Positions 1 through 16,833 are shown, counted from the stretch's first letter. The stretch is DNA of 64,000 nucleotides from Chrysomallon squamiferum (GCA_012295275.1 CM022666.1:1488001-1552000), one strand, 5' to 3'. Numbers and translations: made by a program. The notes: generated by a model not told the origin, from the letters alone.

Positions 1-439
1 TGTGAAACTCATTTCGGCATATTGAGTAACAGTCTACGCCTAATTTGAGACAAAGCACACGTCTTGTTGTACGACATGGTGAACGCGCGATTGTTCTCAC
101 GCAAACGGTTTCACAGCGTGCACGTTGTTCTTTCTGATACAGCGGCACCTTCGCGGTAGTTAACTCGTCTGATTAAATAATTACAGTCGCTGTGGGGGTC
201 GTGGTAAGTGTGTGTGTGTGTGGGGGAGATGATAGGAGTAGGGTGAGGAGGAAAAGAAAAAATCGAAAGAAAAAAAAAAGAATCGAAAAAAAGGAAGGTG
301 AGGTATAATTTGAAACTAAATAAATAAGTGAAGTCGAAGAGAAAAAAAGTGAAGTGTCGAAATAAACCGCTGACAACGAGCGCCTCGATAACGAAAATGA
401 AACGTTTGCTTACAGCGGTGCAGATTAAACTGGATATTG

Positions 440-440
<1 letters not shown>

Positions 441-530
<90 letters not shown>
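441..530. repeat. (CT)n microsatellite; similar CT/GA tracts at 5048-5577, 11190-11440, 13970-14290, 23844-23933, 35733-35820, 38517-38624, 43992-44090
   Basis: Directly visible dinucleotide runs. Confidence 0.97.
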
Positions 531-533
<3 letters not shown>

Positions 534-2619
534 CAAGCCTCTTCTCTTACTTTACCTTTTCCCCAGTGCAAAAAATACATCTCTCAATCTGTCAGGCCCT
601 GTTTACACACATGAATCCTACATTTAGATTCTGTTAACGTACGCTTAGTTGATCACTTATATCTTATTATTATTTTGTTTTTGCAGTGTTTTGACAGCGC
701 GCACACACAATTAGTTCTTAATGTTCTCTACATACAAAACATATTAAAATATAATAATTTCTTTTCCTTTCTCCTGGTTTTCGTGGGCGTCTTTCTTTTT
801 TTTTTTTTTGCACGCCATATGTTCGTTTCATTTATAGCCAATTTAACTGAATAAACAGAAGGAAATAAACAGGCAAGCTGTGTGAATGAGTAAATCAGTA
901 AGCAGGGTGAGTGACCAGTGGGCAGCTGAGTGGGCGAATGTGTGTGGGTCAGTGAATTAATGAATAAGGATTTGGTTTATCGAATAGTATTTAATTAACT
1001 TTCATAATCGTTCTGATAATATCAGTACTTTGATTATCAGTCTTCTTCTTCTTCTTCTTATTATTATATCTACTACTACGACTACTACTACTGTATCATT
1101 ATCATCATCATCAGTATCATCATCATCTTCTTCCTCTTTATTCTTTTTATTTTTATATTCATCACAATCAGTAAAATGTTCTTTTTCTTTGTTCTCTATC
1201 TTCTTGTTCTTCTTCATTATTATTATTATTATTATTAATATTTTTATTGTTGTTGTTGTTGTTGCTATTTTTATCATCATCATCATCATGTTCAGAAATA
1301 TGCAATTTTCTTGCCTTTACTATAACTGTACAAACAGCCCCCCCCCCCCCCGCCCCGTGTTCTCCGAAATTGAGAGAGATCGGAAACAGGTACAAACTGG
1401 CTCAAAACATATTCCAACACCTGTCGTTCTACGCGCATCTTTTGTAATTTCCTGCCGCTTACATCAAAAACAAAGACGATCGTGTATGAACTGCACGGAG
1501 CCAAGATTATATCAATAAGCGAAGAGTGACAGAGTTTCTTTGTTGTCAGAACAAAACGAACATATCGGAGCCTTCTGGCTTTAAAACAAGAAGAAGAAGA
1601 AAAAAATGTTGGAATCTTGCATTATTACTAATGGACGTTTATCAGAAATAGTGCATATACACCAAGGACTTAGTAAGTTTGTTTTATGTGTAAATAACCA
1701 TTACCTGTCTTAGGAACGCACAAATGTAAATAAACAGGTGTGGTATTTTCATTTGAAAGCTTTTTTTCTTATTTCTTTCTTTTTTTTTTTTCTCTTTCTG
1801 TCATGTTTATATTCCCACTTTCCTCATCATCCCATAAAAGAAAAAAAAAGAAGAAAAAAAAAAGAAAAGATTGAGACATCGGTAAAAGCCGTAAAGAACC
1901 ACAAAGCATCAACAATATGGTGTATCTGCTCTTTCGGGTAGTCACGTAAGACGTATTGTATTATACAACAATGTGCCAGGGTAAATAATCTACATAAAAA
2001 TATGACAGATCTGCGTGGAACAATAACGTCCATTGTTTTTGTTTGCACGCAGAGAAACAGGAAACAAAGAGAACATTACTGTCTGTTTGAAGACGTATCT
2101 GGGCGCATGGAATCACTTCCAGATTGAAAACAAATGATAAGATGAACAGTAAAAACAGAGATTTACAAAAATAATTAATATGGCAGATGCGAAATGAAAA
2201 CAAGAATTGTAAACTGTAACTGGGTGCATTCATACGTAATAATATTTTGCACAAAACCTCGGTGACAAATGCGTAATCCTGCGGCGATACGAATAAATAG
2301 TTTAGAAAATCCAGATCATTGTTTTATTAATTTCGGCTACCAGTCATTGCTAATAATAAAGTATGACAGTAAAATACGTCGTCCGCTGTGATCTTTCAAA
2401 CTGTTTAATAAAACTTTAACAGTAAAACGATTTTGGGGTAGACACAACTATTACTTTGTGTGTGTCTAAGACATATGTCCTTGGATCTTTCGTTATATAA
2501 AATAAAAGCAATTCACAAGCTTGGTTTTCTGTAGTAGTAAGTCCAAATGAATTGAGTGTCTTTTGTCCTAAATTATCTTTAGTTCAAGAGATAAAACTTC
2601 TTAAATATTATTTATTTTT

Positions 2620-3240
2620 AAACATTACCTCTACAGATCGTAGATAGAGTCTGAATGGAGTTAATAATTTACATCATTACCGCTATGGATCTGGTATTAT
2701 AACGTTTTACAAGTTTGTGGTCATAGATCAAGCATGTTAATTTTACACCTTTGTCTCTACTGTTCATGTACGTAAGTTTTATACTTTGACCGCCTTAGAT
2801 AACGTTTATAATGCTTTATATCTTTGCCGATGTAGATCATGAATATGTGTTACATCTTTATCTTCTTAGATCACGTATCTAGATTTATATCTTTTCTGCT
2901 TTAGATAACGTATAAAAGGTTGGTTTTTGTGTTTGTTTGTTCCTTTTTTATCTTTATTGCTATAAACCAGGTATATAACGTTTTACATCTTTACTGCTAT
3001 AGACCAGGAATAAAATAATGTTTTACCTCTTGATCGCTATATATTACGTATGTAACGTTTTATATCTTTATCGCTATAGACAATGTATTTGTTTTATATC
3101 TCTTTACCGTTGTTTAATAACGTATTTATTTTATATCGTTACCGCTATAGCGAAAGTACAAACAATAAACCACGCATGTTGTACGTCTTTATCACTCTAT
3201 ACTATGCATATAACGATTTACATCTTTACTGGCACAGACC
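2620..3240 (+). repeat. Degenerate ~35-nt minisatellite (TTTACATCTTTAC.GCTATAGA.CA.GTATATAACG-like)
   Basis: Recurring tttacatcttt...gctatag units read by eye. Confidence 0.7.
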
Positions 3241-4007
3241 TCGAGTGTAACAATAATTTACAGCCCTACAGACCGAGTCGACAACTAAGTGATGATAAGC
3301 GTCAAAGTCATCGTACGATAATTACTTTCTGTTTTTCTTTTTTGAGATGGAGTACGTGGCTGCGCTTTCGTGATAGACAGAGCGAGGAATTTCAAGGCCG
3401 GGTTTGTCTGACCCGGGATCCTCGGTCTGAGATCGAGGCTGCAGGCTGTTTTTGTGCATCTACAGCCCATCTTCGTCAGCTTACTCAAATATTTGTCTTT
3501 GTTACGCCCAGCCGGAAGTCCGCGCACCGCAGCGATATGCAAGCGTTCGATGAATCGCAGACACGACAGCGAATAAACAAAACCGAGAACCGTTTTCCAG
3601 CCTGCACCTGTCCTCCAGCTGTCGCTACGCTGCAATCAGATTGTTCACGGCGAATAAACAAAGCATGGGAACCAGTCGCACGTTTTTTAACATGCTCCAT
3701 AATTGGATTATTGCTTTTTTAGCTTTCTCTGTAGTCTTCGCGTTATATATATAAAATTAAAAAAAATGTCTCTCTCTCTCATTATGGCGTTGCCCCAACA
3801 CATCTTTGAAACGTTACATTTCTCACGTGTGGAAGAAATTTGTGCCGTCTGGAAGGTTTTGAAGATTTCCTGCATCGGGGCAGTTTTCAAAGAAAGAAAA
3901 AAAAGAAGAGAAAAATCCCGGCCCCCCACCCAGATTACTAATAATGGAAAGGTGTGAATAATTCTTAACCAGTTGATATAATAGCACCTCTGTATATATT
4001 TTTTATA

Positions 4008-4040
4008 ATACTGCTACTACTACTACTACTACTACTACTG

Positions 4041-4107
<67 letters not shown>

Positions 4108-4200
4108 AACTACTACTACTACTACTACTACTACTGCTACTGCTACTGCTACTGCTACTACTACTACTACTACAACTACTACTACTACTACTACTGCTAC
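4008..4200. repeat. (CTA)n microsatellite; ATT/AAT/CAA tracts also at 18825-19245, 34660-34905, 45250-45580; (TATG)n-type at 39775-39895 and 56250-56546
   Basis: Directly visible tri- and tetranucleotide runs. Confidence 0.95.
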
Positions 4201-5045
4201 CTGAAGGGTTTAACTTTCCTAAATATACAACAGACTGCAGTCATAATTAGAAATTACACGCACCCATAACGTAGATTCCGCACATACGTAGCGACTTATT
4301 ATCATCACTGTGTAAATAATTAATAGAGCTATGTGTTTATGACACATCACTGCCATAAAGAGAATACTCTAGCAGAAGCATATTTTGTCTCGCATAGCGT
4401 TTAGCAGAACCTTCCATTTGCGCCTGTCGAAGAATGCTTGTTTGTTTTTTTCAAAGTACGAAACTACCAGAAACCTTGCACTTTTGTTTTCAACTAGTAC
4501 CACATCTGTCCTCGAGGTTTGCAGTTGGAATTTGATAATGACTGTGAAGATAACGTACTGTTCAGTGAATGTGTAAGTTATTTAAACTGATTAGAAAGGC
4601 CAACAGGAGTAATGTGGCTTTGCTTTGATAATTAAACGATACAAGATAATGAAAAAAAAAAAAAAAAAATGGGCGCTTGAGGTTTGATAAAACTCAAATG
4701 AGTGAAATGAAGAGGAAAACTATTTAATCTGAATATTTAAAACTCGATGATTTTTACTTTTTTTTTTTTTTTTTTTTTTTTTGTACATGCCGAATAATAA
4801 CAACATGGAATACCTTTGTATAATTTAATTTCCAAAATGAAGAGGCACAATACAGGAATTTGAATTATCTGAACTGTTTTAAAATCGTTACAGAAAACGA
4901 GACACAAAAAGCATCTACCATTGTGAAAGGATTTACCCTTTTTCTGTTAGCACAATAATTCTTTTATTTGTACTTTCCCGTAAACAGCAAAGAAAAAAAA
5001 AATTGATACCATGTTCGCTGATGAAGCAGTTGTGGAACAATGTAT

Positions 5046-5140
<95 letters not shown>

Positions 5141-5232
5141 CAGAGAGAGAGACAGAGAGAGAGAGAGGAGAAACAGAGAGAGAGGGAGACAGAGAGATAC
5201 AGAGACAGAAAGAGAGAGAAAAATGACAGAGA

Positions 5233-5402
<170 letters not shown>

Positions 5403-5473
5403 GAGAGACAGAGAGAGAGACAGAGAGAGAGAGGAGAGAGGAGAGAGAGACAGGGAGAAACAGACAGAGAGAG

Positions 5474-5582
<109 letters not shown>

Positions 5583-8500
5583 GAGAACTTCGTAAAGAGC
5601 GATTTGCCGAAGGAGTCATAAAACTAACTCCGTGAGAAGAGGTTGGAATGTAAATTAACAAACGATTTCGTCTGCATGACTGGTAAAAGAAGAGCTTTAG
5701 ATGTGAAAATGACAGCAGAACGAGTCTATTATCAGAACGCATCGTTGTATCATCATATATGATTGCTTGTGATCTGAAAGTTATGAACGTAATAGAAGAC
5801 AGAATGCTGATAATGTAGACAAGCAGAATTTGGAATGAGGAGACTACAACAACGACATTCCTTTCTTAAACGCCATCACCAAAGCTTTATGTGTAACACA
5901 CGTCAGTACAGAGCATGTTAAATAAATATTCAATTATTTATTTCCACTCCGCTAATGATAACCATGACGAAACCGCCATGGTGACAATTTCCTATAGTGA
6001 AATATCAGTAAAGTTTTGTTGATGACACTTAACAATGATTATATTGCTGAAAGCAGCTGCGTGCGTTCTGGCGTGCGATAGACTCCGACAGAACCGTAAT
6101 TATGTGGCTTTATGTCGAAATTGGTTTTTGTTGAGTAAATTAGTAACTGGATATAAAGTCCAGTTTAATGGGAAAAGCAGAAAGCACACATTCGTAAGGT
6201 GGCTTTAATAGCGATAGAGATGTTAACCGTTATATACCTGGTATGCAGCGGTAAAGAGATAAAATGTCATATACCTAGTGGTTAGAGGTAAAGTTGTAAA
6301 AAGGGGACTGATTTATTCGAAATTTTAAATACAAGATGAAAACACGAGTACCAGTCTCTTTTTCTTTTTTGCAACTTTTTCTCACTCTTTTGTCCAAATC
6401 TGGGAGGGTAGCTGATTCCCTCTGCCCCATTCTCCCGAGTCTAACGCACCCCCCCCCTATTAGCAGTAGGAAGGAGAGGAAACCGGAATCCAAACCTAAT
6501 ACTGCGGCCATTCTTAAACTGAAGTGTTAACCACAAACAGTATTACCACGCCATGTGTGACGCACTGGTTTACTATTTACACAGACTGGGTATTTAGCCA
6601 GTTGCACGGTTTAGTTGTTATTAATTTGCGTTTCCAGATGTGGTTAACACAACGAGTAGTTAGATTGTGTGCACGGCGCCAAACGTATTATTGGTATTTT
6701 CGACTTATGGAAAGATCGAAATCCTTTTTTTTTTCTTCTTCTTCGTCTTCTTCTTCTTTTTTTTATGATGTTTTAAAGTTCAGACAACAGATTGTTATTA
6801 AAAGAAATGTTAAATCGTATCAGATATTAGCTGATAAGACACTTTTTTTTTTCTTTTATTATAAAGTGATTTTAACTTTTTGATTACTGTGAAGTCAAAA
6901 ATGGGGGGAAAAAATATATGTAAATAAATTAAATAAGAATATTTAAAAGCTACTTCATAAAACATGATATATCAGAAGTTTAGAATGAGAAACTGACAGA
7001 TAATAATGTAAAAAAACATTCTGACAGAGACACAGACAAATCGACAGATAAATAGATCGACTATTGATACATAGATAGACAGATAGATAGATATATAATA
7101 GACAATGATATACAAACACAGACTACAATGACACACACACACACCTACACACACACTAACATATATACATAAATACATTCATATATGCATACTGAATAGA
7201 TACGTATGGCTGAATTTAATTAATTTAAATCATTTGTACAATAACAAAAAATAGATTTAATGGGAATGAATGCTATAAAATCATTTTAAAATCGTACCTA
7301 AAAATCACCATATAAATATTAATAAATTAACTAATTAGCAAAACAGATAACTCTGATAAAGCGAGAGATTGTCTAACGTTATCGGTAAACCATTTTCTCT
7401 TCATGCTACAAACTGGATAAAAAAAATATCCTGAATGCTGCCTCTGTTAATACCGAACGTTGCAAATCGTTTAACATCGCCAAATTCCGTACTGATCGGA
7501 AGCACTTCGCGAGAGTTTTCTAAAGAGCTATATTCCTGACAACCACTCAGCATTTCATATTAAATTAACACATCATAATATGAAACACGCGGAAAAACGG
7601 TTTTTAAACAAGTATTTTCGCCAAACGTTGTTTATGTGCGGAGTCGAAAGAATATGTGTTGTTGTGTGTTTTTAGTCGGCTATTTATTATTCGAGCATTA
7701 TTTGTATTTACTTTGAAGCGGAGCGTGAAAGAGTGATGGCTTCTGCCGAATGTCGGCAGCGAGCGTGTTGATGATGCGTCAGTTTGCTGAGGCGATAGCA
7801 GCCATAGCAACCCGTCAAAACAAACTGATCAGTGTGAAAAGTGGTCGGAAATACGAGCCGGACTAGGATTCAATTAAAATTAATTAATTAACTAATATAT
7901 ATATATATTTATTTATTTATTTATTATTATTATTTTTTTTTAACAGTGCCTGCACAACAACAACTATTAAAATGGTATTTTCCCTTGCTCCAAATCATTT
8001 GTCTTTTAAACGGTTTTCCAACAATCAATTTCTAAAATTTAACTGATTAACTCTTTTTAAATCAATGCACTAATTTTCCTTTTTTAGCAGTGACGTGATT
8101 TCCAAACGCTGTGTTGATATTTTAATCTTCTTCTTTTAATTGTAATTATTATTATTATCATCATCATCACTACTACTACTACTGCCACTACTACTCTTGT
8201 AAACTAACTCGCTGTGTATCACAAGAAATGTAAATGATCACAGTTAGTTCACTTTAACGCTGTCTTGTCTGTGTATTTTTTTAGAGACTATGGGAAGGTG
8301 CATATAAAATAACGCTTGTTGCTAAATGTTAAGAATAACCCGAGGAGCCGCAGTCGTTAGTCTTCTGGTTTTAACAATCACTGTATGACTGAAATAACAG
8401 TTATTATTAAAATATAAACAGGCGTCTTCGACAATTGTTTATGTATTTACTGCTTGTATGACCCGTCAAGTGAAGGTAAATGTATAAGAAAAAAAAACCC

Positions 8501-9835
8501 AGTTTTTTTCTGAAAACTTTAAATTAAAATTTTCATATGCAGACTGTACTTAGAGCGTGTCTGAAGCCTCTCCTGTCCTTCATAAAAAAAAAAAAAAAAA
8601 AAAATAAATAAATAAAACTAATAATAATAAAAAAAAAATAAAAAAAAAAAAAAAAAAAAAATTAAAATAAAAAGATAAAAAAAGATAAAAAAAAAGGTAC
8701 ATACATACATACATAGATACAAGCATGCATACGTTTGTAGAAGAAACAAACATACATACATACATACTCTCTCTCAGTCTCTATGTCAGTCTCACTCACT
8801 CTCTCTCTTTCTCTTATTACCTATTTTAAGTATTTATGATTGATAGACATGTGTTAAAAAAAAAAAAAATTTGTAATAAAACATGATAGCTGTTGCTCGA
8901 TACATAAATAAAACTGAATCCTAGCAGAGACTACACTTCACAAAAAAACCAACAACACAAAAATACGTACTTAAAATATAATAAGACAACTCAAAAAACA
9001 AATAATAATAATAATAATAAAAAAGATAAAAATGTTTCATGCTCTTCTGACGATGAAAGAAAAGCTCTGAGAATTCGGACAAAATGACGCACACACAAAA
9101 GAGAACTATTCTCATCATCCAGCACCGATATCTCATCTCCGACAAAAGCATATGTTACGAATAACAGCGCTCGCGAAATATCCCTGTCATTATTTTTCTT
9201 CTATGCTGTTTGCAAATATACCAAAGGTCGCTTAGCAGTAATATCTGCACGTGCACTGCAGATCCCGTTTCGCGATGCGCCTTGGTGACTATTTTTCTTG
9301 TACGATGAAGTCGTAAAAAAAAAAAAAAAAAAAAAAAAATAAACACGTTATGAGAACCGGGTAAAGAGATAAAATTATTGCTTTGAAATCAAAGCTGGGA
9401 GAGTTAAAGTCGTAGGTCAGAGAGATTCGTGATACACGCAGTTTTAACTGCACCATTCTGCAGATAAATACCAAAAATGTCGACGAACGTGTTTCTGCTG
9501 TTTTAGAATTTCTCTGTCGACGTTTTGGCAGCAAATTCGACGGATAAACTGAAGATTTTGTGTGGCCTCCAGAACAAAACACCCTTTTATAAATATTTTT
9601 ATTTTTATTTTATTCTTTTCTTTCTTTCGTTTTTTCGTTCCTTCGTTACCTTTTTCTTTCTTTCTTCTGTTTTCTTTTACTTATTTTTACTGCATGAAAT
9701 TAACGTTTTCGTTTCTAAAGTTTCCATTCCACTGGTATTCTTCATAAATCAGAAATATGAAAAAACTGACGGATGTAATTTGGAGTCAGACTCTAAATAT
9801 AAACATAAAGAGAGATTGAGTGATTAGCTTTGCAG

Positions 9836-9881
<46 letters not shown>

Positions 9882-10296
9882 GTAGTTATTATTAAATTTC
9901 ATTTTAGTTTTGTTCGTCCAGTTTTCAAGAGGTAGATGCACTAAATCTTATTATCACAACAAACCATCAACTTTTATATCAACACAAATACTGTCCATTA
10001 AAACCACGTGTTTTACGAAACTAAAGTAAACAAAGACAATAGTTAATAGAAATAATTTTAACATTTATACTAGCATACACCTTTTTTTATTAATGTCTTC
10101 TGTATGTTTTTGTACATACTAGTTGTTCCCAGGTTTCCATTATTTTTTAATTTAATCTGCAATCTTATGCATATATTTTATACCTATATTTTTATACAAC
10201 AATGTACATTCAAAAATACCAAGCACTTTTATTGGATAAAAAATAATATATATGCCTTTTTAATCGTTATCAGAATAGAAAATAATATTGGAAAAT

Positions 10297-10335
<39 letters not shown>

Positions 10336-11186
10336 ACATTGTACATTGGCCATCTAGTATAAAAAAAAATTATACCCAGTTGTCAGATGTAACAATTTTA
10401 TGTATTAAATGCAAGCCAGTAAGATATCAAACCGTATTACATATTCAAAACGTCTTTATGTTTTTTTGATCGGTGAGGTACAAGCATAAAGACGTTCTGT
10501 TCTCCAGCGTAACGTCGTTTCGTTTGTTCACGTCGAGGGATGCACACACAAACCTCATTCACTCTGCTTATGTAATTATCTTTCTTTTGCTAAGTTAATC
10601 GCCGACAGCGACGTTGCTGTCTACGTTCTTCGTCGTCGTTAGCTCAATCTTCTAAATTCTCCTCCACGCCAACGTAAAAAAAAAAAAAAAAAAAAATATT
10701 TTGTTTATTTTTTTATTATTATTATTATTTTTTTTTTGGCCATTTATTAAGATAATTTAATTAATGTCAGTTTATGAATTCATCATTAGTTTTTTTTTTT
10801 TTATTAACATGCCTTTTTGCTGGCAGGCTGGATGCATTAATTAAAGATATTTTAATTTATGTCGGTTATGGTTTTTATTATTAGCTGTTCTTAATATTCC
10901 TTCGTGACAGTGTGATACATAAAAATATTTTTTTTTTTTTTTTTTTTTTAACTTACGTCAGTTTATGCATCTATTGTTCTGCTTCCCGGCTCGGTAGGCG
11001 TTTCTATTGTTGTATATTAAAACTAACGTAGTGTTGTCAGCTATCACTTTGAATTGGGGTGGAGTTTGCGTGTCGTAACAGAGTAGTTGTCATGCCAAGC
11101 TGTTACAGCGCGTTCGTTTGTTTCAGTATTAAAGTGATTAAAACAGCCAGAGTGGAAATATCGCTGCTGTTATCATTCAGAAGATC

Positions 11187-11261
<75 letters not shown>

Positions 11262-11290
11262 CTGGCTCTCTCTGTCTGTCTGTCTGTCTG

Positions 11291-11381
<91 letters not shown>

Positions 11382-11410
11382 ATCTGTCTATCTGTGTCTC
11401 TCTCTCTGTA

Positions 11411-11443
<33 letters not shown>

Positions 11444-11593
11444 GTGGGTGTGTGTCTGTGTGTGTGTGTATGTGTGTGTGTGTGTGTGTTTCTTTCTTCA
11501 TGTCTTTTTACATTTCTCTGTCTTTCTTTTTTGTTGTTCCTTTTTCAGGCAAGCAAAAATTAGTATTCTTTAATAATAATAATAATAATAAAA

Positions 11594-11631
<38 letters not shown>

Positions 11632-12634
11632 ACAGTAGAGTAATATTAGTAGCGGCAGCAGCTCTGGTAATAGTAGAAGACTTAGTAATGCTAACAATAA
11701 TAATTTAAATAAAAAAATAAATATCGATTTGTTCGTTCTATCCCACGTGGAACGGTGTTAATAAAGGGTTTTTATTTTTATTAACAGCATATTTTTTTAC
11801 GTTGTCTTTATTTCCATAAGTATCATTGTAAAAGTAATTTTAAATATCACTTAGTCGCATAGTATATATTACCGCATTTTATTAATATATTTGCATATTA
11901 CCTCAGTTTTATTAATATATTAGCATATTACCACTATAGATTACCGTTATTTATTAATATACTAGCATATTAATGGTATTTATTAATATATTTATATATT
12001 ATCTCTATATACAGAAACCCTCATCTCCCCCCCTCCCCCTAAGCAACAACAAACAATAATAAAATTAAGCGTATTTCTTACCTTACGGTTCTTAACGGTA
12101 AATCGCTGGTAACAGTTGCAAAGTGGTTTCTATAATGACGGTCGGTATTCCTCGTTTGTGGTCAGGCACGATGTTTTGGGGCGCGAGGGTTCACGTGTGA
12201 ACTGAACAGGAATGAAGGTGTGTACGACTGTCTGTTATCAAGGCAGACGAGCACGTGCACGAATTTGACTGACAGGTGCAGCCTCGTTTTGGCAGTTGCT
12301 GAATTGTTTCCGCCGCAGCAAAAGCAGAAGATCGGTTCCAGAGTTGGGAAAGAAAACGAAAGAAAGCAAATAATATTGCGTGCTGTTTATAACTGTTTTC
12401 AGTATGAATTGCCATCTTTCAGTACGTTGGTGAATATTATTTGCGTTTAATGGATTCTTAGATATATTTCCTTATTATCATTTATGAAGTGACATGTATT
12501 TTAGTTAATTAATTTAATTATTTATTCATTTTCTTTATTTATTTTATATTAATGATATTGAAAAATACAGATATAGATATATGGTAAAAGCAAATGAATA
12601 AACAAATAAATAATAAATAAATAAATACAAAAAA

Positions 12635-12684
<50 letters not shown>

Positions 12685-14041
12685 ATAATAATAATAATAA
12701 TAAATAATGGTATTAAATAATAATAAAAAAAGATAATTAAAACAAAACATTATAAATAAATATCATAAAGTAAATAAACAAGAATAGACAGACAGACAGA
12801 CAGACAGAAAGTAGATAAAGAATGTTAAAAATTACATGTAACATATAGAGTGGATAAATAAATTTTTGATACTAAGATAATAGTAATATTACATTTCGCA
12901 AAATGGCGACAAACCTTTCTGTTATCGGTCTTGCCCCATTAATACATTGCAATCATTTCTTTTCAAAATTTATTATTATATTTATTTATTTTCATTCACA
13001 AACACACATATACACACACAGAGAAAGAAGAAAAATACATACAATAGTTCAGACATACACATAAATTGCAAAAAACACATATACAAAAACACATCATTCA
13101 CACAAAAGTACTTTTACACATAAATCCTTTTTCCCATATAGACAGAAAAATACACAAACACTTACAAATACTTGTTACATACACATTTATACACAAATAC
13201 ACACAAACCACATAAACATAATCACTTATTCACACATACACATAGATACACAAATACATACATTTGTTCAAACATAATAAATAAGAACATTTGTGTGTCG
13301 ATATATTTTACACACAAACACTTATTCACATATACACACACACACACACACACACAAATTTAAATAAATAAATAAATAAAATAAAATAATAACAACAAAC
13401 TACACATACACATAAACACTTATTCACATATACACAGAAATCCACACAAAATATCCCAACACACACATGCACAAACATATGCACAAAACAGATCTTACAC
13501 AAACAAACTGTTATCAAAACACAAACAAAGAGAACCACACCAAACACCGCATATATTCCCAGAGATATTTGAAAATATAAATTTATGTCCAGCAATGCCA
13601 AGCTTCTCTTTTCTCTTTTCCCTTTCTCCGTTTCCTTTTGTTCTACACACATGCAAACATATTAATTATGCAACCACATGATACCCAAAATAGCTTAGCG
13701 CGGTTTTCTTTGATCTAGTGCATAAAAGCATAAATGTATGACACCTTTCGTTTATTTCTGTCGCGAGATATTTACAAGAGTTCGATGTCCTTAAGATGAG
13801 TAGGGAAAAAAAAAAAAAAAAAAAAGAGATAGATGCCGAGCAGATATAAAAAGTTTCTGCGCCTGCTAAATGAGTTAATTGGAAATCCAGCTACAGCTTA
13901 GCACAGTACATGCTTTGGCCGTGAAAACAAAGATGTCATTTATAAACTTAATCAGCGACCTGTACGTATTCTCTCTCTCTGCCTCTCCCTGTCTCTGTCT
14001 CTCTCTCTCTCTGTTTATCTCTGTCTCTGTCTCTATCTATC

Positions 14042-14090
<49 letters not shown>

Positions 14091-14899
14091 GTTTCTCTGT
14101 GTCTCTCTCTCTCTCTCTCTCGCTCTCTCTGTCTTATTCTGTCTTTTCCTCTCTCTTTCTCTGTCGCTGTCTCTCTCTCTGTGTTTCTCTCATTATCTCT
14201 CTTTATCTGCGTTTTTCTCTATGTCTCTCTTTCTCTGTGTCTCTAAATCTCTATCCATCTCTGTGTGTGTCTCTCTCTCTGTCTCTCTCTCTGTTTTTCT
14301 CTTTTTTTTTTTTTTTTTTTAAAAGAATAACATTAATTTTCTTGTTGTTATTTATTGTTTTAAGTTTTGTGTTTAATAAACTTTGAACTAAAACATTTGT
14401 GATTTAAGTTTTTTTTTTTTTTTTTATTAAAGAGTTGTTCCATAAGGGAGATAACCAGCATACATATAAATCACATCAGCTTGAGTCAGTGAAATGTTTA
14501 AATACATAATTATTATTGTAGTAGTAATAGTAGTAGTAGTAGTAGTAGTTGTTGTTGTTGTGGAGGTGGTAGTTGTGCTGCGGCTGCTGATTTCATTATT
14601 ATTATTATTATAACTTTATGTTGTTATCATTTTCATTATCCACATTATCATCATCATAATCATCATCATAATATTATTATTATTATTATTATTATTATAA
14701 TTATTATTATTATTATTATTATTATTATACCGAGATGGATTATAATAAAGTAACAGATACCGCTTGAAATGACAAGTTTACGTTTAAAATAAATGTTATT
14801 AATGAACTATGTTTTTATTGTGCAACAGCTTGCGTTAAATGCGCCTTTCATTTATATTGATATTCGTTAACCAGCAAACAAACGCAGTCTCGTTTCTGT

Positions 14900-16640
14900 G
14901 GATTTCTACGTTTTCCTTGAACCATCACTAAATCTGACTTTAATTACACTTAGTTCAGTGACTGCACATATTTTCTGATACTTTGAGGAATTATACATAT
15001 TTCTTGGTAATACCTACCTTCTGTGACATATCTACACATATTTTCTGATATTTTCAGCAATTTATACATATTTCTTGATAATACATACGTCCTGTGACAT
15101 ATCTACAGTGAAAACTTTGTTAAGTCGTAAAGGAATGGGCTTGGCAACAGTTGATATGTAATAGTTGTTATGCAACAGCTGGTATTAAATGTTCATCATA
15201 AACTGCAACTGTTTTTTTTATACAGAAACGAATGACTAATTGTGAATAAAAAAAAAAAAAAAAAAAAAAAAGAAGTTAAATAGAGAAAAGCAACTAAAAA
15301 AAAAAAAGAGGTGAATCCGAAAATCCTTGTATTACTGACCACCGAAAACGTCTTTATTTATTTAGTGATTACTGTTTTTTTTTTTTTTTTTTTTTAAACT
15401 TCTGGTTTTGTACATTATATGACGGGACAACCCGCTTTGAAATCGTAAACCGTCGCTAACCGTTAAAACGCGGACAGTTTTTTTTTTTTTTAATGTGCTA
15501 TTCACACCGAGCCACGACGAATCACGTTTACGCTATTCACGCTTTCTGAAAGGCTTTTTATTGTTTGGTTGTGTTTTTTTTTGTTTTTTTCTCTGGTTCA
15601 TTGCGAGTGCTGGACTTGGGCGGCTTGTTCTATTTGTTGTTTCCATCGCCTAGTTCGTCGAAGGTCAGATCTTGTTTCTTTGTTCACTTGTTTTTTTATT
15701 GTTTTTTTTTTTTGTAATTTTCCTCTCCTTACTCCTGCTTACTTTATCACTTTATCATCCAACAATTCCCAAAGCTTTTTTTTTTTTTTTTTTTTTTTAT
15801 ATGCCGGTCGTCTTTTTATTAATGTTTTCTTTTTTCTTTTTTTAAATATATCATATACTCATGAAGGACGTCAGTGTTAAAAACAGTGACGTCAGTGAAT
15901 TTCTGCTGAATGTTTTTACAAAGTGTTGACATACTTTCAGTCAATACAGACGACCGATCGTTGATCGAGTTTTGCTTCAACTTTTGTGCGTGTTTACGTG
16001 GAATCCATGTTGACGTAGATTCGTATTGGAATTACTGTTTTTGTTTTTGTAAAACAGACAAAATAATAAAAAAAAATTAATAATAAATCACAAGAAATTA
16101 TTTGAAGAAAAAAAAAAAAAAAAAAAAAACGAAGAGAAGGAGACAGAAACGAAATTCACCAGGACCGAAAACGTTTCAAGGGGTGTTTTCTAATTCTGGA
16201 TAAAGCTCTTCAGTTTTAGTAAGTATAATTAACATTGTAGTAAACAATTTAATTTAGATTAATTAATTAATTAATTGACGAACGAGCGAGCGAACGAACG
16301 AACGAACAATGAAATGAAATAATCAAATAAATAACTAAATATCGAACGGGTATAAATAATTAAACTTGTGTCGTTATCACAAACAGTTTAGTAAAGAAAA
16401 GTCTAAAATGTACAGGTGACGTTGCAATGTTAACGATAGTGTTGCTGTTTCGTTTTATATAAGTGCATTCCACGATCAAGTCATCTTAATAATTAATAAT
16501 TAATAGTTAAAAAATGCAACAACAACAAAATTGAAATGTATTCTAAAGGAATAAATTTACACTGGCGTTAATTAATTTGTTCAAACAATTTTTAAATTTT
16601 GCTAAATATTTTTATCATGATGATGATGATGATGGTGTTG

Positions 16641-16675
<35 letters not shown>

Positions 16676-16799
16676 AACGATATATTTTCAAAAACATGAC
16701 AGTCCTTTTGTCACGCTTGAGAAGAGCGCACCACTGTCCACACACACGTTCATTCTTGTTCACGGTGTCCAAACACCTGCTGATGCATACTGTATATTA

Positions 16800-16833
<34 letters not shown>

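Noticed and set aside
3018-3722. 234-aa ORF
   Set aside because: Begins in a minisatellite, with no domain signature or splice support.
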